Below the pieces are notes generated by a model, which saw only the letters and a list, made by a program, of their open reading frames with translations, was not told the DNA's origin and searched no databases. Position numbers and translations under genes: made by a program. A DNA stretch of 64,000 nt from Mobula hypostoma (lineage: Eukaryota), in assembly GCF_963921235.1 (NCBI RefSeq), contig NC_086097.1, positions 244,344,001 through 244,408,000 of the forward strand, given 5' to 3'. Shown here piece after piece: positions 38,405 through 50,945 of this stretch; within the stretch, counting starts at the first letter, position 1, and every line of letters starts with the position of its first letter.

Positions 38405-41400
38405 ACATGGTTTAATACGATTATTCCTCAGAGGCTGGTGGGTAAACTGTCCTTGTCGGGACTTAACACCCTCCCTTTGTTACTGGATCTTGGACCTCTT
38501 AATGGAAAGACTCCAGTCAGCCCAGGTTGGCCGCAACATCTCAAGCTCCATCACGCTGAGGGCAGGTGCCGCCAGCACTGTGTGCTCAGCCCACGACTGT
38601 TCACACTGGCTGACTCACGACCGACATGCCAGATCCAGCTCAAACCGCATCATCAAGTTCGCTGATGATACCACAGTTGTTGGTCTCATCAGCAACAACG
38701 GTGAGTCGGCGTACAGAGAGGAGGCAGAGAGGCTTGTCAAAAGGTGCGAGAACAACAACCTGAGTCTCAACATGGGCAAAACAAAAAGGATGATTGTGGA
38801 ATTCAGTAAGGTGCAAGATGACTACTCTGTACTGCACATCAATGCCATGAAGAGCACAAACTTCTTTGGTGTGAACATAACAGGTGATATAACCTGGACC
38901 CACAACATCTCCACATTAGTCAAAAGGACACAGCAGTGGTTACACTTTTTCAGGAGATTGGGATGTGTAAGTTCCCCACCCCCATTCCAACAACTTTCTA
39001 CAGGAGCACCATCGAAAGTGTCCCGTCTGGCTGCATAATCGTGTCGTACAGAAGCTGCAAGGCGACAGACTGCAAGACATCAGACGAAGGGCCCAGAGCG
39101 TTGTTGAGGATCCCTACCACCCATCCCACAATCTCCTGACCCACTACCGTCAGGAAGAAGGTACAGAATCACCAGGACTAGTTCTGCCAGACTGAGTCCC
39201 TCAGGCTGTGAGACTAATGAATACCCTGCCACCACCAAAGAACATCAAGCTGTTTCCTGTTCACCTGTGTTGTGTACTTCACATGCATTTTCAATCACAT
39301 ATTTATTTGTGGTATTATTTTGGTTTATATGCTGTGTATGACATATGTTTTGTGAGTGCACCATGGTCAGGAGGAACATTGGTTGTACATATCTAAAGTC
39401 AGATGGTAACAAACTTGGAACTTGAACTTGCAGGCTGCCCCTGGCACATCCTCAAACTTTGTTGGTCACTGATACAAATGACACATTTCACGTGTATTTC
39501 CATGTTCTGGTGTGTGCGTGTGACAAACAAAGCTAATCTTTCATCTTTAAATCCGTCTTTGGAATGCTTTGGAAACTGGGGCACCCAGAGGAACACACAT
39601 GGTGATAGGGAGAAACACAAACTCCTCAACAATAGCGGGGATCAGGAGGGGGGGGTACTGAAACTGGATCGCTGGCACAGTATTAGTGCTACGCTAACCA
39701 CGATATACCATGCCACCATAATACAGCAACATAACTTTCTTTTCCTACCAGAGCAAAGAACCTTACTGGCACATTATTTTTAAATATTTACCATTATGCT
39801 CAACAAGAATATGTTATTTTAAAGATAATTCATTATTGAAACATCTTCTGAAATTTTAAAATCTGCAAAGTACAATCAACTTTGCAAGGATTAATCTCTG
39901 GGTGTGGCATGGAGCCAATTCTGGAGTTTAGGAAGGTGCAGGCTGACCACTGCACATAAACACACAGCTCCTCCATGGAGAGAGTTAGGAGCACTAGGTT
40001 TCTGGGCATGCACACAATAGATGATCTCACCTGGTCCCTCAACACCACATCTTTGGTCAAGGAAGCACAGCAGTGTTTCCACTTCCTGAGGAGATTAGGC
40101 GAGTGAGGTGAGTGAGGCTTCCCACTCTCCCCCCGTTCTAGCCAATGTTTACAGGAACACCAGCGAGAGTGCCCTGACCCACCACCTCGCCATTTGGCAC
40201 AGAAATTGCAAAGCATCTGACCACAAATTCCTACAAAGGATTACAAGGACTGCTGAGAGAATCACTGAGGTCTCTCTTCCACCTATCAGAGATATTTATC
40301 AGGAGTACTGCATACACAGGACCCTGAGAATCAGAATCAGGTTTAATATCACCAGCATATGTCATGAAATTTGCTAACTTAGCAGCAGCAGTACAAAGCA
40401 ATACATGATAATATAGAAAAAAATGTAAATTTGAATTAAAGTGAGAATATATGTGTATATTAAATTGTTAAATTAAAGAAAAACAGAAATAATAAAAAAG
40501 TGAGATAGTGTTCATGGGTTCAATGTCCATTTAGGAATTGGACGGCAGAGGGGAAGAAGCTGTTCCTGAATCGCTGAGAGTGTGCCTTCAGGCTTCTGTA
40601 CCTCCTTCCTGACACTAACAATGAGAAGAGGGCATGTCTTGGAGGGCATGATGGAGGTCCTTAAAAATGGACGCTGCCTTTCTGAGGCACCGCTCCATGA
40701 AGATGTCTTGGCTACTAAAGAGGCTAGTACCCAAGACGGAGCTGACTAATCGTACAACTTTCTGTAGCTTCTTTCAATCCTGTGCAGTAGCCCCCTACCC
40801 CATACAGACAGTGATTCAGCCCGTCAGAATTTTCTCCATGATACACCTGTAGGAATTTTTGAGATTTTTTGAAGTTTTTGAAGTTTTTTAGGTGACAAAC
40901 CAAATCTCCTCAAACTCCTGATGTAATATACCTGCCGTCTTGCCTTCTTTCTAAATGCATCGACATGTTGGGACCAGGTTAGATCCTCAAAGATCTTGAC
41001 ACCCAGAACTTGAAACTGCTCACTCCCTGCACTTCTAGTCCCTCTGTGAAGATTGGTTTGTGTTCCCTCGTCCTCCCCTTTCTAAAACCCACAATTAGCT
41101 CTTTGGTCTTACTGACATTGAGTGTAAGGTGTTGCTGTGACACCACTCAACTGGCTGGTGTATTTCGCTCCTGTGTGCCCTCTTACCTCTATCTAACAAC
41201 AATGGTTGTATCGTCAGCAAATTTATAGATGGTGTTTGAGCTATACCTAGCCACACAGTCATGGGTATAGAGAGAGTAGAGCAGTGGGCTAAGCACACAC
41301 CCCTAAGGTGCGCCAGTGTTCATTGTCAACGAGGAGGAGATATTATTACCAACACTCACAACACGCTGGAGGAACTCAGCAGGTCGGGCAGCATCCGTGG

Positions 41401-42330
41401 AAACAATCAGTCAACGTTTCGGGCTGAGACCCTTCGTCAGGACTGTAGTGGGAGGGGGTAGGGGCCCTATAAAGAAGGTGGGGGGAGGGTGGGAAGGAGA
41501 AGGCTGGTAGGTTCCAGGTGAAAAACCAGTAAGGGGAAAGATAAAGGTGTGGGGGAAGGGAGGCAGGGAGGTGATAGGCAGGAAAGGTGAAGAAAGAATA
41601 GGGGAAAACACAATGGGTAGTAGAAGGAGGCGGAACCATGAGGGAGGTGATAGATAGCTGGGGGAGGGGGCAGAGTGAAACTGGGATAGAGGAAGGGAGG
41701 GAGAGGGAATTACCGGAAGTTGAAGATTTCAATGTTCATGCCAAGGGGCTGGAGACTACCCAGACGGTATATGAGGTGTTGCTCCTCCAACCTATTACTA
41801 CCAATCTGCACAGATCCTGGTCTTCCAGTTAAGAAGTCAAGGATCCAACTGCAGGGGGAAATACAGAGGCCCAGGTTCTGCAGCTTATTGATCAGGACTG
41901 TGGGAATGATGGTGTTAAACACTGAGCTATAATCAACGAACAGCATCCCGACATCGGTGTTTGTATTGTCCACGTGACCTAAGTCAATGATCCTATTCAT
42001 CCAACAAATCTTTTTGACCCCCCCACCCCCACCATCAGGCAGGAGATACAGTGGCATCAGGATAAGAAATGTTCGGATGGGAAACAGCTTCTTCCTCAGG
42101 CTGAGAGACCTCTGAACTCCCTGCCACCAACTGGGTCTCCTCATATATGAAGCACCAGTAGCATTACACAGTTTACCATTTAGCATGTGTCGTAAATGCA
42201 CCCTTGTGGCAATATTACTTTACGTGTTGTGTGCGAGCTGTAGGTACGGTGTTGTGCACCTTGTTCCGGAGGAAAGTTGTTTCACTTAGCGGTATACATG
42301 AAATGACAGCAAACGCGGACTTGAACTTGG
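38405..42330. repeat. Cluster of Rex-Babar-type fragments (about 38405-39390 +, 39920-40325 +, 40326-41980 -) and SINE pieces
   Basis: RIIKFADDTTVVGLIS..ESAYREE in ORF 38490-39038 and [12 protein letters not shown] in ORF 41710-42201. Confidence 0.8.
41353..41792 (-). mobile_element. Penelope 3' fragment (second subfamily) with hammerhead motif at 41408-41445
   Basis: [28 protein letters not shown]-terminus. Minus-strand CAGTC CTGACGA AGGGTCTCAGCCC GAAA CGTT GACTG. TSD TATTA(T/C)TACCAA at 41341-41352 and 41793-41804. Confidence 0.9.
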
Positions 42331-42362
42331 TAACCGTATGATAGACACGCAGTGCTGCTTAC

Positions 42363-42463
42363 CAGTTTGCCCATGCACCGCTGCTGTTCCACGCCATCGA
42401 TGCACTTGTGGTGGATGCTCATCTTACAAGCCTTGCAGCGCAGACCCAGTTTAGCATTGGTGC
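42363..42463 (-). CDS. STAC: STAC coding exon (second half of C1 domain), 101 bp
   Basis: Minus strand reads gcacag|GC ACC AAT...AAA CTG|gtaagc. Translation (G)TNAKLGLRCKACKMSIHHKCIDGVEQQRCMGKL matches human STAC1 GTNAKHGLRCKACKMSIHHKCTDGLAPQRCMGKL as recalled. Phase 1 in, phase 0 out. Confidence 0.96.
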
Positions 42464-43539
42464 CTGTGCATAGACGTGCATCAACAGTCAGTATCAGTCT
42501 CAGTTCAAGTTAGCACAATGAGCCAGACAAGATGAGCACATTTAATTAATGATATTAACCTCATGTTCAACTCTTCAACCCAATGATAATATATAACAAC
42601 TAACATTTCCTGAAGACAGATAAAGTGTACTTTTCACTATAAGTAAACATTTTGATTTATAATCTCTTCAGTTCTATTAATACTGACTTTTAACCTCTAC
42701 TCGAATTAAAATGAGTGCACAATTCAGGAAAAGACCAAACTTGTCTTGTCATTGGCCTTGAAAGGCCTAAATTGAGTGGAGACATGTTTCTACCAAAGGA
42801 GGTGTAAGGCGCTCCTTCCCACCGCTAGCCTGCAGGTCACCCTTGGGCAAGGTGTAGCACCTGAAGCCATGAGAGGAGGTGGTGGATGGTCATAGGAGCA
42901 GCTGGTGCATATCACAAGTCCTGATTATGCAACCACTGGTGGAAGGCAGACAATCTCTGGACAGTGTTGACACTGTCCAGAAGAAAGCAATGTAGAAAAA
43001 TTTGCCAAGAACAATGATCTTTGACCATGATCGCCCATGAAAAAGAAGGATCAGCCATGAACGAATGACAGAGCAGACTCAATGGGCCAAATGGCCTAAT
43101 TCCACTCCTCTGTCTTATGGTCTTATGTCATTATGACATGGAACATGACGATGATGATGATGATGATGATGAGATCGAGTGGATCTGGAGTGGATGTCCC
43201 AATATGGAGTGAAGAGTCTAGGACCAGAGAGCACAGCTACAAGGAAGACCCTTTAGAACACAGATGAGGAGGAATTTCCAGAAGGTGGTGAACCACTGAA
43301 ATCCTTTGCTGCAGGTGGCAGTTCAGGCCAAGCCACTGGGAATATAAAAGTGGAGGTTGACAGGTTCTTAATTCAAAAGGGCATTAAAGGTTGCAGAAGG
43401 AGACAGGAGAATGGGATTGAGAGAGACAACAGTCATGAGTGGAAGAGCAGATCTGATGGGCTAATTCTGCTCCCATCTCTTTTGGTCTTATGGATCTATA
43501 TATTTAAATGGATATATCTTGTGGATATATATATTCTTC

Positions 43540-44155
43540 GGGAGGAGAAGATGGCAGCGCGCCTGTGTGTGCGCAGCCCTCCAGTGAAACATGATATCGT
43601 ATCTGTTAAATAGGGGCCGTGGACAATTCTGATTTGATGGAGATGGACGTGAAAGCACAGAGGAACATCTGGAGAAATTTCTGAAACGCCCGTCCGCTGC
43701 TGTCATTACTGTGTGGTTGGGAATCTTTCGGAGGGTAGGCCTCAAAATCCCCGGCCTTGCCTGCTTTTGGGACCGAGAAGGAGGTCGAATCGCTCGGACA
43801 GAGATGGCGCTCAGTACTCGGTGTCGGGGAGCTGATCAGAGCTCAAAGTTTTCGGATGACTCAGAGTTGGATTGTGGTCGGCATGGCAGGGAGAGTTTTT
43901 CTTTCTTCTCCCGTCTGCGTGAGATGTGGGACATTTGAGAAACTTTGAACTTTACTGTGCTCATGGACTTCTTCATCAAGTTATGGTATTTTACACTGTT
44001 TGTAACTATATGTTATAATTATGTGGTTTTGTCAGTTTTTTCAGTCTTGGTTTGTCCTGTGTATTTGTGATATCACACCGGAGGAAATAACGTATCATTT
44101 CTTAATGCATGCATTACTAAATGACAATAAAAGGGGACTACGTGTTTTCATTATC
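43540..44155 (+). mobile_element. Non-autonomous ~620-bp retroposon (copy 2)
   Basis: Starts ggaggagaAGATGGCAGCGC and is colinear with the reverse complement of 4555-5182. Confidence 0.88.
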
Positions 44156-45496
44156 TTAAAAAAGAGGTAATTGGAGAAAGGTATAGAGGAGATGTCAGAG
44201 ATAGTTTTTTTTTAAACACCAAGTGGTTGGTGCCTGGAACTTGCTGCCAAGGATGGTGGTAGAGGCAGGTACGTTAGGGACATTTACGAAACTCTTAGAT
44301 AGGCAGACGGATGACAGAAAAGTAGAGGGCTATGTAATAGTGAAGGGCTAGACCAATCTTAGAGTAGGTTAACACGTTGGCACAACATCAAGGGCCGAAC
44401 AGCCTGCACTGTGCTATTTTCTATGTTCCAACACCTGTTTCAATAATAAAAACACATTCCATAGCCTCATGATCTTGCACATACAAGGTTTCACTTCCCC
44501 AAAACTCTTATCTTCCCCCAATCTGGTATCAGAATCTACAGATTCTTGTTCCCTTAATAATCATTAACAAATTGTTCTTTCCTTCATCATTTTCAGCAGC
44601 CCCATATAAATATGACATTGTCTGACTTGTCTGACCTAGCCTGACCTGTCTGTATGAAAGCACATCTCCTGCTCATTATAACTGTGTCTCATAACCATGA
44701 ACCCATTTGTTCCTGCATCACATCACGATTCACAAGCAACATAACAGTGTGGGCACGTTACTTCAGTGCCGGAATATGTAGTGGTACTTGCTGGCTGCCC
44801 CCATGGCATCCTTGGCATCCAACATAAACGATGCTTTTCACTGTATGTTTTGATGTACCTGTGATAAGCAAGTGAATCTAAGTCTAACAAGCATTCTCAT
44901 GGAGGGCAATACAATCTTGTGGGTTCTGTAAATCATCTATATTCACTGGAGATTCAAAACTGATCAAGTGTTATGATACTTTTTCAGCTATATTATAATG
45001 GCTATGCTCCAAGAGGACCACAACCTTGTCATAGGGTATGGAGGATTGCGTGCTTCAAGGGTAGAGCCCAGACTAAGATTGGTCCACTGGTTCTCCATGT
45101 CCGGGGTTTCAGCTCAAGACTGAATCAAAACTGTTACAGAAACAGCAATGAAGAATCCCTCTACACCCGGGACTTGCATGACTGACAGTAGTGAAAACCA
45201 AGCTACTGGCACAACGGAGGAAGCCCTGAATGCCATCAGAGATGGGGGACCATCATTGCTGCCCTAAACAGCCGTGACGTAACAGGCTGCAGAATAGAAT
45301 AATGGTTGCTCATAAGTGAGATTAGTATAGACAGTCCTGATGAAAAGGCTCAATCTGAGACAACCACAGTCTATTCCCCTCGATAGATGTTACCTGACTT
45401 GCAGCGTTCCTCCCCCATTTTGTGTGCATTGCTCTCAAGATTTCCAGCCCCTGCAGATTCTGTTGTGTTTAATCTAGGTAGGAACTTGACAGTTAA

Positions 45497-46027
45497 CAGA
45501 GCGCAGTGCAAAAGTCTTAAGCACATATATACAGCTAGGTTGCCTAAGACTTCTGCACAGTACCGTATTTGTCAACGTGGATGGGAGAGCGAGTTTGTCA
45601 ATCTGGCAGGAGCAATCTACTTTGGGAACGGCGAGGATGGAGCGTCGCAGGAGGGGTGTGGGACAGATGGAAGAGGAGTGCCAGGGGCAGGGGTGGAGAA
45701 GTTGCAGACACACCCAGCCCAGAGACTCTAGCCAAGGTTACTTGATTCCAAACAACTAGTTTATTCAATGTCTCTCTGGTGCTTCCCACTCAATTTGCTC
45801 TCTCTTCCCCTTTTCCCAACCATGATTCCCCTCTCTCTGCCCCCTTCCCACTCTCAGTCCACAATAGAGACCCACATCAGAATCAGGTTTATCATCACTC
45901 ACCTATGTCATGATTTTTTGTTTTTCTGGCAGTAGTACAGTGCAATACATTAAACTGCTACAGTACAGGGCAAAGGCCTTAGGCACCCTAGCTATATATA
46001 TACACCTGCCTAAGACGCTTGCACAGT
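45497..46027. mobile_element. Two ~70-bp Tc1-like hairpin MITEs (45497-45565 and 45961-46027) in opposite orientation flanking a ~395-bp core
   Basis: Each unit has arms resembling CAGTAC(T)GTGCAAAAGTCTTAGGCA and its inverse. Spacers atatatacagctagg and cctagctatatata are mutual inversions. TA at both inner junctions. Confidence 0.7.
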
Positions 46028-46444
46028 GAAATAAAGAGCCTGTTTCTGTGATGTCAGACTAGGATTATGCTGAATGGTGTTAGGTGTCTCAAGTTGTAAC
46101 TTCACAAATATGGAGAGGTCCTAAAGGATGATTCACCATTTATAAATAACAGTACAAATGACAAATCAAACTATGTGGATTACTATTAGGCAGAAGAATG
46201 TAAAGTGAGTCACATACAGTCGAGATCATTACAAATGGAATATGCGTCCAAAAATATGAGCTCATTCATTTCATTGCAAAATATTCAGCTGTATGTTTTC
46301 ATTGATTTAAATTTTCATCTTGCATTTTATGTTCATAGAGTCAAAGGGGAATACAGCACAGACACAGGCCCTTCAATCTAATCAGTCAGTCCGACTCTAC
46401 TGTTCCAATTCCCTGCAATCACCCATTTCCCTACGTAAACCTAC

Positions 46445-47066
46445 ATAAACACAAGAGCTGATGGTGGATCACAGGAGGAATGGAGACAGGCTCGCCCCGA
46501 TCAACTTCAATGGGTCTGCTGTTGAGAGGGGGAGTCGTTTCAAGTTCCTCGGTATACACATCACTGAAGATCTCACCTGGACTGTACTCACTGGCAGTGT
46601 GGCAAAAAAAGCACAACAGCGTCCCTTCCACCTCAGGCCGCTGAAGAAGGTCGACATGAGCCCCCAAACCCTCAAGGTTCAAGGGGCACCATTGGGAGCA
46701 TCCTGACTGGCTGCATCACCGCCTGGAACAGGAGCTGCACCAACCTTGATCGCTGGGCACTGCAGAGAGTGGTACGGACAGCCCAGCGCATCTGTGGATG
46801 TGAACTTCCCTCCACTGAGGACATTTATAGCAGCAGGTGCATAAAGAAAGCCTGGAAGATCATCAGGGTCACCCGTCATCCCAACCATAAACTGTTTCAA
46901 ATGCTTCCGTCTGGCAAACAGTACCGCAGCATTAAAGCCAGAACCAATAGGCTATGGAACAGCTTCTTTCTACAAGCCATTAGACTTATAAATTCACGTC
47001 TGTACGTTGTGACAGAGTCATAACGCAAAGATTTTCACATTGTGGGATGGATGTAAGATTTAAATA
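46445..47066 (+). mobile_element. Rex-Babar-type LINE 3' fragment
   Basis: FKFLGIHITEDLTW and HPNHKLFQMLPSGKQYRSIKARTNRLWNSFF. Confidence 0.88.
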
Positions 47067-47321
47067 GGAAAGGAAAGGTATGTCGCATCCAGAGTTTTTC
47101 CCGTTAGTGGACGTTTTCCCCCTCTGACGTAGTGGGGAACCGTGTACGAGGCAAGTTACAGCAGTGGTTTGCCATTACCTTCTGCCGGGTGAGTTTCCAA
47201 AGAGATCACCAGCTCGTAACCCAGCACGGATGGAAAGCATGCAAGGGAGCCGGCTGGATTCGAACTCGGGACCTTTCGTCCCGAAGTCTGACGCTGATGC
47301 CACTACACCACCAGCCGGGTC
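47067..47321 (-). mobile_element. Intact tRNA-derived SINE (tRNA-Arg(TCG)-like head, RTE-like 3' part)
   Basis: A-box TGGTGTAGTGG, GCGTCAGACTTCGG anticodon arm, B-box GAGTTCGAATCC, GGCAAACCAC motif, (CCTTT) tail. Perfect 12-bp TSD AAGATTTAAATA at 47055-47066 and 47322-47333. Confidence 0.9.
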
Positions 47322-47851
47322 AAGATTTAAATAAATTCTACAAATTCTAAACCTGTCAAAATACTTCTTAAAAGTCCTGAATAAGGGTCTTGGCCCGAAA
47401 TATCGACTGTTTATTCATTTCCACAGATGCCGCCTGGCCTGCTGAGTTCCTTTAGCATTTTGTGTGTGTTACTTCTTAAAATATATTGATTGCGCCTGTC
47501 TCAACCATTTCCTCTGGCCACTTATTCTACATATTCACCACCCTCGGTGTGAAAAAACTTCCCGTCAGGTCCCTTTTAAATCAGAGACAACAACCAGGTC
47601 TAATATCATTGGCATAAGTTGTGAATTTCGTTATTTTGCGGCAGCAGTAGAGTGCAATGGATAATAATTTTTCAAATCTGCAAATTACGATAAGAAATAT
47701 ATATTCAATTCAAATTTAATTGTCATTCAACCATACATGAATACTCATGAATACAACCAAATGAAACATTGTTACACCAGGGTCAAGTTGCAAAACACAG
47801 TATTAAATAACTAGTACAAAATGTGAGCAAAAAAACTACTGAAGTAATGTA

Positions 47852-48016
47852 AACAACAGGAATTCTGCAGATGCTGGAAATTCAAGCAACACACATAAAA
47901 GTTGCTGGTGAACGCAGCAGGCCAGGCAGCATCTCTAGCAATTCCTTCAGTTAGTCCTGACGAAGGGTCTCAGCCTGAAACGTCGACTGCACCTCTTCCT
48001 AGAGATGCTGCCTGGC
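47852..48016. mobile_element. Mini fold-back Penelope (165 bp) with an intact hammerhead at 47952-47989 (+)
   Basis: 16-bp TSD CTACTGAAGTAATGTA at 47836-47851 and 48017-48032. Sits in a minus-strand Rex-type element (about 47580-48550). Confidence 0.9.
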
Positions 48017-49267
48017 CTACTGAAGTAATGTACATGGGTTCAAGGACCATTCAGAAATCTGATGGTGGAGGGGAAGAAGCTGTTCCTAAAACATTGAGTG
48101 TGTGTCTTCAGGCTCTTGTTCCTCTCTCCTGATGGTTACAATGAGAAGAGGGAATGTCCTGCGTGATGGTGGGGGGGGGGGGTCCTTAATGATGGATGCC
48201 AGCTATATGAGACATCGCCTTTTGAAGATGTCCTCAAGGCTGGGGAGGCTGGTGCCCATAATGGCGCTGGCTGAGTTTGCAGCTTTCTGCAGCTCCCGTG
48301 CAGTGTTTCCTCCTGACCAGACGGTTAGGATGCTCTCCCTCTGTAGAAGTTCGCTGGAGTCTTTGGTGACATCCCAGTTCTCCTCAATTTCTGATGAAGT
48401 ATAGTCCATGTCGTGCTTTCTCTGTGATGGCATCAATACGTTGCTCCCTGGATAGATCCTTTGAGATGTTGACACCCAGGAACTTGAAACTGCTCACCCT
48501 TTCCACTGCTGACCTCTCGATGAGGTCCCGTGTGTGTTCCCTCGACTCCCCTTCCCCAAGCCAATTTTGGATCCACCTGACTAGCTCGTTCATGGGACCC
48601 GACATTCCAGACCAGTCTGTCAGGTGGGACTTTGATGAAGGGCTTGCTAAAGAATTGCATTACATTTTCAGTGTGTAATAAAAAAAAGTATGTTATCATA
48701 TTATGCTATATATAAAAGCACAAAAAAAACCGATGAGCTATTATCTTTTTGTTTGGAAATTCTGATGATTTTGTATCTAGCCCACTGACCTCATTTCCTG
48801 GTTTTCTAGATTCACCACACCTCATTTCCCATGTTCCCTCAAGACCTTTATGACCATAAGGCATAGGAGCATGAATTCTGTTCTGCGTTTCTATCATTGA
48901 CTGATTTATTATCCTTCTCATTTCCATTCTGCATTCTTCCCATAACCTTTGATGCCTATCAGCCTCTGCTTCAAATATACCCAATAACTTGGCCTCTACA
49001 GACATCTGTGGTAGTGAATTCCAGAGATTCACCACCTTCTGGCTAAAGAAATTCCTCCTCACCTCTGCTCTAAATGGATGTCCTTGCATTCTGAGGATGC
49101 GCCCGCTGGTCCTAGACTCCCCCTCTATAGGAAACATCTGCTCCACATTCACTCTGTCTAGGCCTTTCAATATTTGAGAGGTTTCAATGAGATCTCCCCC
49201 TCAGTCTTCTAAACTCCAGTGAGTACAGGTCCAGAGCCATCAAGTGTTCCTCTGCATTAACCCTTTC

Positions 49268-49614
49268 ATAGTCATAGTCATACTTTACTGATCCCGAGGG
49301 AAATTCGGTTTCATCACAGTTGCACCAACCAAGAATATAGATACAGCAATATAACACCATAAATAATTAAATAATAGCATGTAAATTATGCCAGGAAATA
49401 AGTCCAGGACCAGCCTATTGGCTCAGGGTGTCTGACCCTCCAAGGGAGGAGTTGTAAAGTTTGATGGCCACAGGCAGGAATGACTTCCTATGACGCTCAG
49501 TGTTGCATCTCGGTGGAATGAGTTTCTGGTTGAATGTACTCCTGTGCCCAACCAGTACGTTACGTAGTGGATGGGAGACATTGTCCAAGATGGCATGCAA
49601 CTTGGACAGCATCC
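49268..49614 (-). mobile_element. Young Rex-Babar-type 3' fragment inserted in a CR1 (48845-49780)
   Basis: MLSKLHAILDNVSHPL...GGSDTLSQ and a (GACTAT) tail. Confidence 0.88.
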
Positions 49615-49799
49615 ATTTCACTCCAAGGATCATTCTCAAGAACCTCCTCTCAAATGCCAGCACATCCTTTCTTAGATAAGGTGTCCAAAACTGCTCACTA
49701 TATTCCAAAAGTGCTCTAACCGATGCCAGATAAGATCTCCACATTACCTCCTTGCTTTTATATTCCAGTTCTCTCAAAATGTATGCTAACAGGGAACGG

Positions 49800-50945
49800 G
49801 CACATTAATGAAGGTAAAACAGTGGAGCTGGCGAATATGGGTTTTAGCAAGGTGATTGATAAGGGTCCCTGTGGTAAGCTCATTCAGAAAATCAGGGAGT
49901 ATAAGATCCAGGGAAAGTTGTTTGGATGGATTCAGAATAGGCTTGCACAGAGAAGGCAGAGGGTGGCTGTAGATGGATGGTATTCTGCCTGCAGGTCGGT
50001 GAGCTGTGTCGTTCCACAGGCATCTGTTCTGGGACCCCTGTTCTTTGTGAGATTTATAAATGACACAGATGAGGACGTGAGAGGGTGGGTTAGTAAGTTT
50101 GCAAGTGACAAAGTTTGACGGAGTTGTGAATAGTCTGGAGGGTTCTTGTAGGTTGTGACGGGACATTAGTAGGGTGCAGTGCTGGGCTGCGAAATGGCAA
50201 ATGGAGTTCAATCTGGAAAAGTGTGGAGTGATTCACTTTGGAAGATTGAGTTTGAAGACAGAATACAGGGTTAATGGCAGTGTGGAGGAAGAGAGAGATC
50301 TTGGGGATCCATGAACTCAGATCCCTCAAGTTGCTATGCAAGTTCATAGGTTTTTTAAGAAGGCGTATGGTGCGTTGGCCTTCATTAGTCAGGGATTAAG
50401 TTTGAGGGCCGTGATGTAATACTGCAACTCCATAAAACCCTGGTTTACCCACACTCGGAGTTCTGGTTGGCTCATTACAGGAAGGATGTGGAAGCTTAAG
50501 AGAGGGTGCAGAGGAGATATACCAAGATGCTGCCTGGACTAGAGAGCGTGCCTTATGAGGAAAGGTTGAGCGAGCTAGGCTTTTTGAGCTGGATCGGAGG
50601 GTGAGAAGTGACTCGATAGAGGTTGTCAAGATGATCAAGTGGATAGCCAGAGAATTTCCCCAGCGCATAAATGGTTAATACAAAAGGCCATAATTTTAAG
50701 TTGATTGCTGGAAAGTATAGGGGGGATATCAGAGGTAAGTTCTTTACACAGAGTGGTGGGTGTGTGGAATGTAGTGCCGGGGATGGTGGTAGAGGCAGAT
50801 GTATTAGGGGCATTTAAGAAACTCGTAGGTAAGCATACGGCTGAAAAAAAAATGGAGGGCTATATGGGAGGGAATGGTTAGATTTATCTTAGAGTAGCTT
50901 AAAAGGTAGGCATAACATGGTGGGCCAAGGGGCCTGTACTATGCT
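49800..50945 (+). mobile_element. Decayed CR1 3' portion
   Basis: VPQASVLGPLFF..FIND, WVSKFASD and the 3' hairpin. Confidence 0.85.
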
